Assembly: GCF_026571515.1 (NCBI RefSeq)
Contig: NW_026862297.1
Span: 1 to 57,001 of the forward strand
Length of the DNA: 57,001 bases
Direction: 5' to 3'
Source of the DNA: Ruditapes philippinarum
Taxonomy: Eukaryota
Below are positions 51,608 to 57,001 of the stretch, piece after piece. Position numbers and translations under genes: made by a program. The notes under the pieces are model-generated. The model had not been told where the DNA came from, ran no database searches, and saw nothing but the letters and a program-made list of their open reading frames with translations. The number at the start of each line of letters is the position of its first letter. Within the stretch, counting starts at the first letter, position 1.

Positions 51608-54600
51608 TTAATTATCACAGACAGAATCTTCCACACGTTTGCAAGTATTTTGAATTTCTTCGCCATTCCGACAATCATTAACAGTGTGATCAGCACTGGG
51701 AATTTTGTTCCGTAAAATGTCCAAGTTTGTATTTATTTCATCGTCAATAGTATCCTTAATTTCATTTTGTCGTTTTTCTGACACTATTTTGCTTGTTACT
51801 GTGTCAATAAAATGTTTAGTTACAGGATCACTAGATAATATTTCTTCCTTAGAAACACTTGTATCAAAGCTTTCACTATCACAATCCTTCTGTTGGAACT
51901 CAGAATAGTTTAACTGTTTTTCCAATAAAGTTACATTGTCTGCAATACATTCTGTACTTTCATTTGTTAATGTTTCCCTGGACATTTCAGTACTGTTTGA
52001 AAGACTATCTTCATATAGTTTTGAAACAGTGCTACTTACATTCCCATCCTTGCCTAAAACATTATCAGTAGGTTGTTTTACAACAGGGTCAAATTGTTTT
52101 ATTGCAGTGGTACTTGAAATTATGTCATTGTTACAATCAACGTCATTGCACAGTTCTTTCATTTTAACAGTATCACACAACACACTTCTTTTATTTGCAA
52201 CACCAGAATCACCTTGTATTTCTAGATTATCACAAGATGTACTTTCTCTTTTGTTTTCATTGATGCCTTGGGTTTCCACATCTAAATTCAAATTTCTTTT
52301 AAATTCATCTACAATTTTATCAACTGGTTGTTCTAACTGTTTTATTTCTTCAGTTACTTTCTTGCACTCCCTATTTAACCTTTCATATTCAGCTTCTAGG
52401 AACTCTCTATCCCTCTCTGATGATATCTGTTGTTTTCTGTCTCTGATACTTATTCTGAAAATAATATGTAAAATATATTTACCTCAGTAAGATAGCCAAG
52501 GTTTTGACGTAACGACTCAAAACAGTAATATATATATATACATGTACGAGTTGGAAAATTTAACCAGCTTTGGCCGCCTAGTAACAATACCATTGAGTCT
52601 TCATTATTCAAAAAATTATATGAAGATTTGAGCAAACTTGACATAATAAACCTGTTAGTAATGTGCATTTATTAACAAAGGCATCCTTATTAAATGGCTT
52701 GTTGACTTTTATAAATATACTTTAGCCACAAGGGGAATTTTAAAGCATTTAGGTTTGTGTTATGTAAGAAACCCGCTTGCATCTGACTAAAAGCGTATCA
52801 TTTCTTTATTCAGTTACACTACTGAAACTCTACGGCAAAATATGTAAATGTTCAAGTATCAATGTGAATTATTTCAAAGACTTAACCTTTATACATACAA
52901 ACAAACGGAAGTATTTCTTCACCAAAAAGGAATAAATCTAATTAATGAAAATATTTTAGTCAGACTTTTCATTTCCCCTTTCATGATATCAAAAGTAACA
53001 TCATCCAATGTTTTTATAAAAAAAATTGTTGTCTAAGTAAATGGACTAACCTGTCTTTCTTAAGCTGTACAAGTCTTGTTCTCAGCTCTGCTAAAGTTTC
53101 TGTGACATCTATTTTAGCCGACACGTTTGAAGGATGCCTCTTCACTGACGTCATTTTTCCAACTGAGCATGTTTTAACATCAATTACTAAATTTGGCTCT
53201 TCATTATTATCACATTTTAAATCACTTGTTACTTGTTCATTGTCATTTATATCAAAACTTGAGCAAAGAAAATCAGATTCTCTTCCTGAAGTCGTTACAT
53301 GTTCGGATTTAATTGGACTGATATCATTCTCTATAGGACTGAACTCCACTGATTTCCTTTTAGTTATAGTCAATGACTCTTGATTATTGTCTGTTAGTTC
53401 AGAAATGTTCTGTTCACCAGTTTCAGTAGATGTCTTATCAGTATCGTGCTGAATCTTCAATTCCCACATTATCTCATCTACTAAACTGCTGCCCCTTTTA
53501 TTAGATGAATTTCCAAATGTATCAATTTCAAAGTCAAAGAATAAATTATCATCATCACTATTTGTATTTGTTTCATCACTTTTCCTACAGCTTTCATTTG
53601 ACTTGCTGCAGTTACTCACGCTTCCTGTTGTTGGTGATAATGAAGATCCAGTTACACTGGGTCTTTTCACCTGAGTATAAATAGCACCAGTTTCACACAC
53701 ACTAACTCGTGGAAGACTAGAATCTGTGAAACAAGGATGTACTTTTGGAGAGTTTCTGTTTCTATCTAATGAATTAAATCTGTCTTCAGTTGATTCTGAG
53801 GAACATATTCCACTATCACGGTTCTCATGACCACCTGATCTCGTCTGTTCATCAGGCAATGATGATGATGATTGTCCTCTTGGTTTAACAGATAACTATA
53901 ATAAAAATACATATTATTTAGCGAGAAAGATATTTTTCAGAATAATTCAGACTTAAGACCTTGAATCTGTTTTGTCACAAGATAGATCCATATTTATCAT
54001 TTCTTATGTTGGTAAAGCCAAAAAAAACCAATAACCATTAGAACAATTAACCAAAAATATTCTATATGCAATTTTTCTAATCATTGAAAATCTTTTTCCT
54101 CATTTTTTCTTTATCTTTTGTTTGGATTTTTTTATTGCAAAATAAAGGATCGATATTATTGTTGTAAAAGATGATTGTGTGTTTACATTTCAGTTTGCGT
54201 TTAGTTTGAGTTTGGTTAACACATTATTTCTCATATCTCGGTAAAGTGTCAGTGCACCTTACAGGTTTTACTGGATAAACATATAAACTCAACTGTTAAA
54301 TTGTGTGACTTACATAGGAAGATCTATTGATAGGATCAGGTACTCGAGTTATCTCAACAGCTTCATGATAAGGATGCGTATCATCCATATAGCCTTCCAG
54401 TCCTTCAGGTGTTTTCTGTGTACTAGTTTCCTGCATCAGAATACGAAGCCAGGAACCAAGCTCCGTCCAATTAATTAGCTAAATAACGAAATAATCATTA
54501 CACGTCCAATTAATTGGCTAAATAACAAATAACAATACACTTCCAATTAATTGGCTACAAACCGAATGAATAATACATGTCAAATTAATTGGCTAAATAA

Positions 54601-57001
54601 CAAAATAATAATACACAAATACACCTTCTATTCAAGATTGCCTAACATAGATAAAAATGAATCCCTTAAGAACGTCAAAACGGAAACATTAAAAATGTTG
54701 CAGGCTCAATTTGATGTAGCGTGTTCATGAATGGTACTTGAAAGTGCTAATGTCCACAGTAAAACTTTTTTACCAAACCTAGTATTATACTAAACTTGAT
54801 CTTGGGTTTAATACATAAATACTTCACCTATCGAATTAATGGTTTTAACCAGGCAAGTAATGGTTTTAACCAGGCAAGTGTCCTATTTTTTGAACCAGTT
54901 TATCCCTATTACTCAAAAGTAACAGCAAACATCACATAGAAATTACATTTCAGAAGCATAATGCATGTTGTATGTGTCCAATACCGGTATTTAAGATACA
55001 TACGAGTATTGTGTAAAATCTATGACTTCGACAAAATAACAGCCTTTTAAACATTCATATTAATATTATATCACTTAAGAGACAGAGTCGTATATAACAT
55101 ATTTCAACAGAGTACTTTAAAATCTGTAGAAATCAAAGTGCCTTCAAATCTGCTCAAAACTCAAGACTTCCTTTCATTCACACATACCTCTATTGTTATT
55201 TTCTCCCTATTATTTTCCAGGAGCATTAGACCAAGCTCGCTTTTTGTTTCCTTGATGGCTCGCTTTAATATACAATTCCTGAGAAGAAATTCCAACTCGC
55301 AAACTTCACTCGTTTGTGTCCGATAACATTCAAAATTGTTCTCATGTACAAGGCACCAACGTTTTCCCCATTTACGCTTGTTGAAACTACTGTATACATC
55401 GACATAACCTAAAATAGATAATAAAGACTAACTATTGTTTTCCAAAAAAGGGTCTCTTTTCAATATATTGGTGACAAAACTTGATTGCTCATTATAAATG
55501 TATAGCAATACTAAAATACAAGAGTTTTTGAAAGTTTGGATTTTAAACTTCACATTTGGCTCTAAAAAATTTTTTTTTTACTATATTCATGAGTTAGAAG
55601 CAAAAATTAAGACCACTTAAGTCAATAAGACAAATTTCCTTCGCTTGTAGAGTTGTCAACTCATGGAACCTGTTTCCCAGTGAAATAGTTTTATCCAAGA
55701 ATGTGCATGAATTTAAGTCAAATTTTGATAAACACTGGCGGTGGAAAAAGATTCAAATTTGACCATATTTATTGAAAAAAAACCATATCGGAGCGGATGA
55801 CAAGATAACAGAACTCGAAGGGACTTATAGTCCATAAGGGACTAATAAAGTTTCCCATACATCACAAGGTATCACTAGAAATGTGTCCATAAGACACATG
55901 TGCCCCCACCGCGCCACTGTTCTGTCAATCATTTTACTAAGTCAAGAGAAATAACTCTACAAATACTGGATAAATCCACAAGCGAAACCCCAGGTGCAAA
56001 TCTAAATATGCTTAGCAACCTGCCCATAAGGTTTAAGGACTATGTCAAATCCTTTTTAAGTAACTTGCGACACAAGTTGAAAATTGCACACAAAAAAATT
56101 AAGTGAAGGGCAATAACTCTAAAAAATATTAAATAAATCCAGACAAAAATACCTGGTGCACAACTGCACATGCTGATCAATATTCCTGTAAAGTTACATG
56201 ACTCTAGGTCAAATACTTTTTGAGTAACTTGCGACACAAGTTGAAAATTGCAAAATTTTACTAAGTCTAGGGCAATAACTTTGAAAATACTAAAAATATA
56301 TAGACTAAAATACACAGGTGCACAACTACACATGCTGATCAACATTCCTGTAAAGTTTCATGACTCTAGGTCAAAAACTTTTTGAGTAACTTGCGACACA
56401 AGTTGAAAATTGCAAAATTTTACTAAGTCTAGGGCAATAACTCTGAAAATACTAAAAATATATAGACTAAAATACCCAGGTGCACAACTACACATGATGA
56501 TCAACATTCCTGTAAAGTTTCATGACTCTAGGTCAAATACTTTTTGAGTTACGTGCGACACAAAAGTGAACGGACGTACGGACGGAAGGACGGACGTTCT
56601 AACAGGAGAGTAATAATGTGGCTACTCTATTGTTCTCTCTATTGTTCTTTTAAGCCACACAAAAGAAAATAGCCACATAAAAGCATTACGGAATGAATGA
56701 CATCAAAGAGAAAGAACAGTTATTTATTGTCCCTCTAGCCACATAATTACTCTCCTGTGAGTGCGGACGGACATACGGACGGACGGACGGACAAGGGTAA
56801 ATCTAAATGCCCGCCACTAACGTGGGGGCACAACAAGGTAAGATAAATATCATTTTACATAATTATTTATTAATATAATGAATGAAAAATGTTAATGAAA
56901 TTATCTAGCAATTATCCTATTCTTACCCTGATGTTTAATATGTTTTTTCATCTCCACAGGAGATTCAAAAACAGACTCTTCAATATGGGTTTCCGGGATG
57001 A
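51608..57001 (-). CDS. 3' part of PH-domain/coiled-coil gene (copy 2); exons >57001-56927, 55408-55188, 54478-54314, 53895-53051, 52454-51608
   Basis: GT/AG junctions with consistent phases (1,0,0,2); the frame is open through the PH domain, Ser-rich region and coiled-coil (LAELRTRLVQLKKDRISIRDRKQQ..LEAEYERLNRECKKVTEEIKQ). The stop at 51608 is about 29 codons earlier than in the paralog. 5' exons lie outside the window. Confidence 0.78.
55875..56833 (-). mobile_element. Helentron-associated non-autonomous element (HINE-type) with internal about 157-bp tandem repeats and (GACG)n microsatellite
   Basis: Absent from the paralog (GGTATCA|CAAGG at about 41882-41893). Subterminal inverted repeats TGTGCCCCCAC / GTGGGGGCACA; terminal hairpin TGTGTC-CATAA-GACACA next to CTAG; repeated TTCCTGTAAAGTT(A/T)CATGACTCTAGGTCAAA. 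Confidence 0.85.
56602..56758. mobile_element. 157-bp MITE nested in the HINE microsatellite
   Basis: 23-bp TIRs ACAGGAGAGTAATAATGTGGCTA / TAGCCACATAATTACTCTCCTGT (1 mismatch). Confidence 0.8.

Larger units (their letters stand above)
33340..57001. repeat. Segmental duplication: about 33.3-42.3 kb vs about 47.4-57.0 kb
   Basis: Colinear homology at 33340-33610/47460-47730, 36190-37480/50075-51520 and all PH-gene exons and introns (e.g. 41105/55138, 41989/56927). Confidence 0.93.

Noticed and set aside
51936-52490. Plus-strand Ser/Leu-rich ORFs opposite the PH-gene exons (also 37891, 39206, 41105, 53102, 55138)
   Set aside because: Antisense shadows of minus-strand exons that have proper splice signals.
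56040-56345. 101-aa ORF with internal repeat
   Set aside because: Translation of the HINE tandem repeats.
37476-57001. Assigning a gene symbol (e.g. AFAP1-like) to the PH-domain gene
   Set aside because: Only one PH domain and a coiled-coil are visible and the 5' exons are missing; similarity is insufficient to name it.

Overview
AT-rich, intron-containing animal DNA. A bivalve mollusc is inferred from the repeat types and gene families but cannot be proven from this window. There are three blocks. (1) 1-21.3 kb: a tandem array of three minus-strand C2H2 zinc-finger genes carrying an eh1-like motif. Two copies are >99% identical (4.5-kb units) and one is older. The array has seven copies of a TATA/first-exon module and two (TTCTG)n-tailed LINE 3' fragments. 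(2) 25.9-33.1 kb: a six-exon plus-strand gene of about 889 aa that the ORF track shows only in pieces. It encodes an N-terminal DZIP3-type HEPN domain with an intact RxxxxH motif, a coiled-coil, a degenerate STAND-type NTPase repeat, an intact nSTAND3-like P-loop NTPase and a C-terminal beta-propeller-like region. This effector-NTPase-sensor layout parallels NLRs and prokaryotic antiviral STAND proteins and is the best candidate for an undescribed system; it carries one 1-nt frameshift in this assembly. (3) 33.3-57 kb: a segmental duplication (offset about 14 kb) containing the 3' exons of a convergent PH-domain gene (left copy pseudogenised, right copy running out of the window), an L2 LINE, MITEs and a Helentron-type element. 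Exon boundaries were read by hand from GT/AG signals and phase checks. Domain names come from motif recognition, not database searches.
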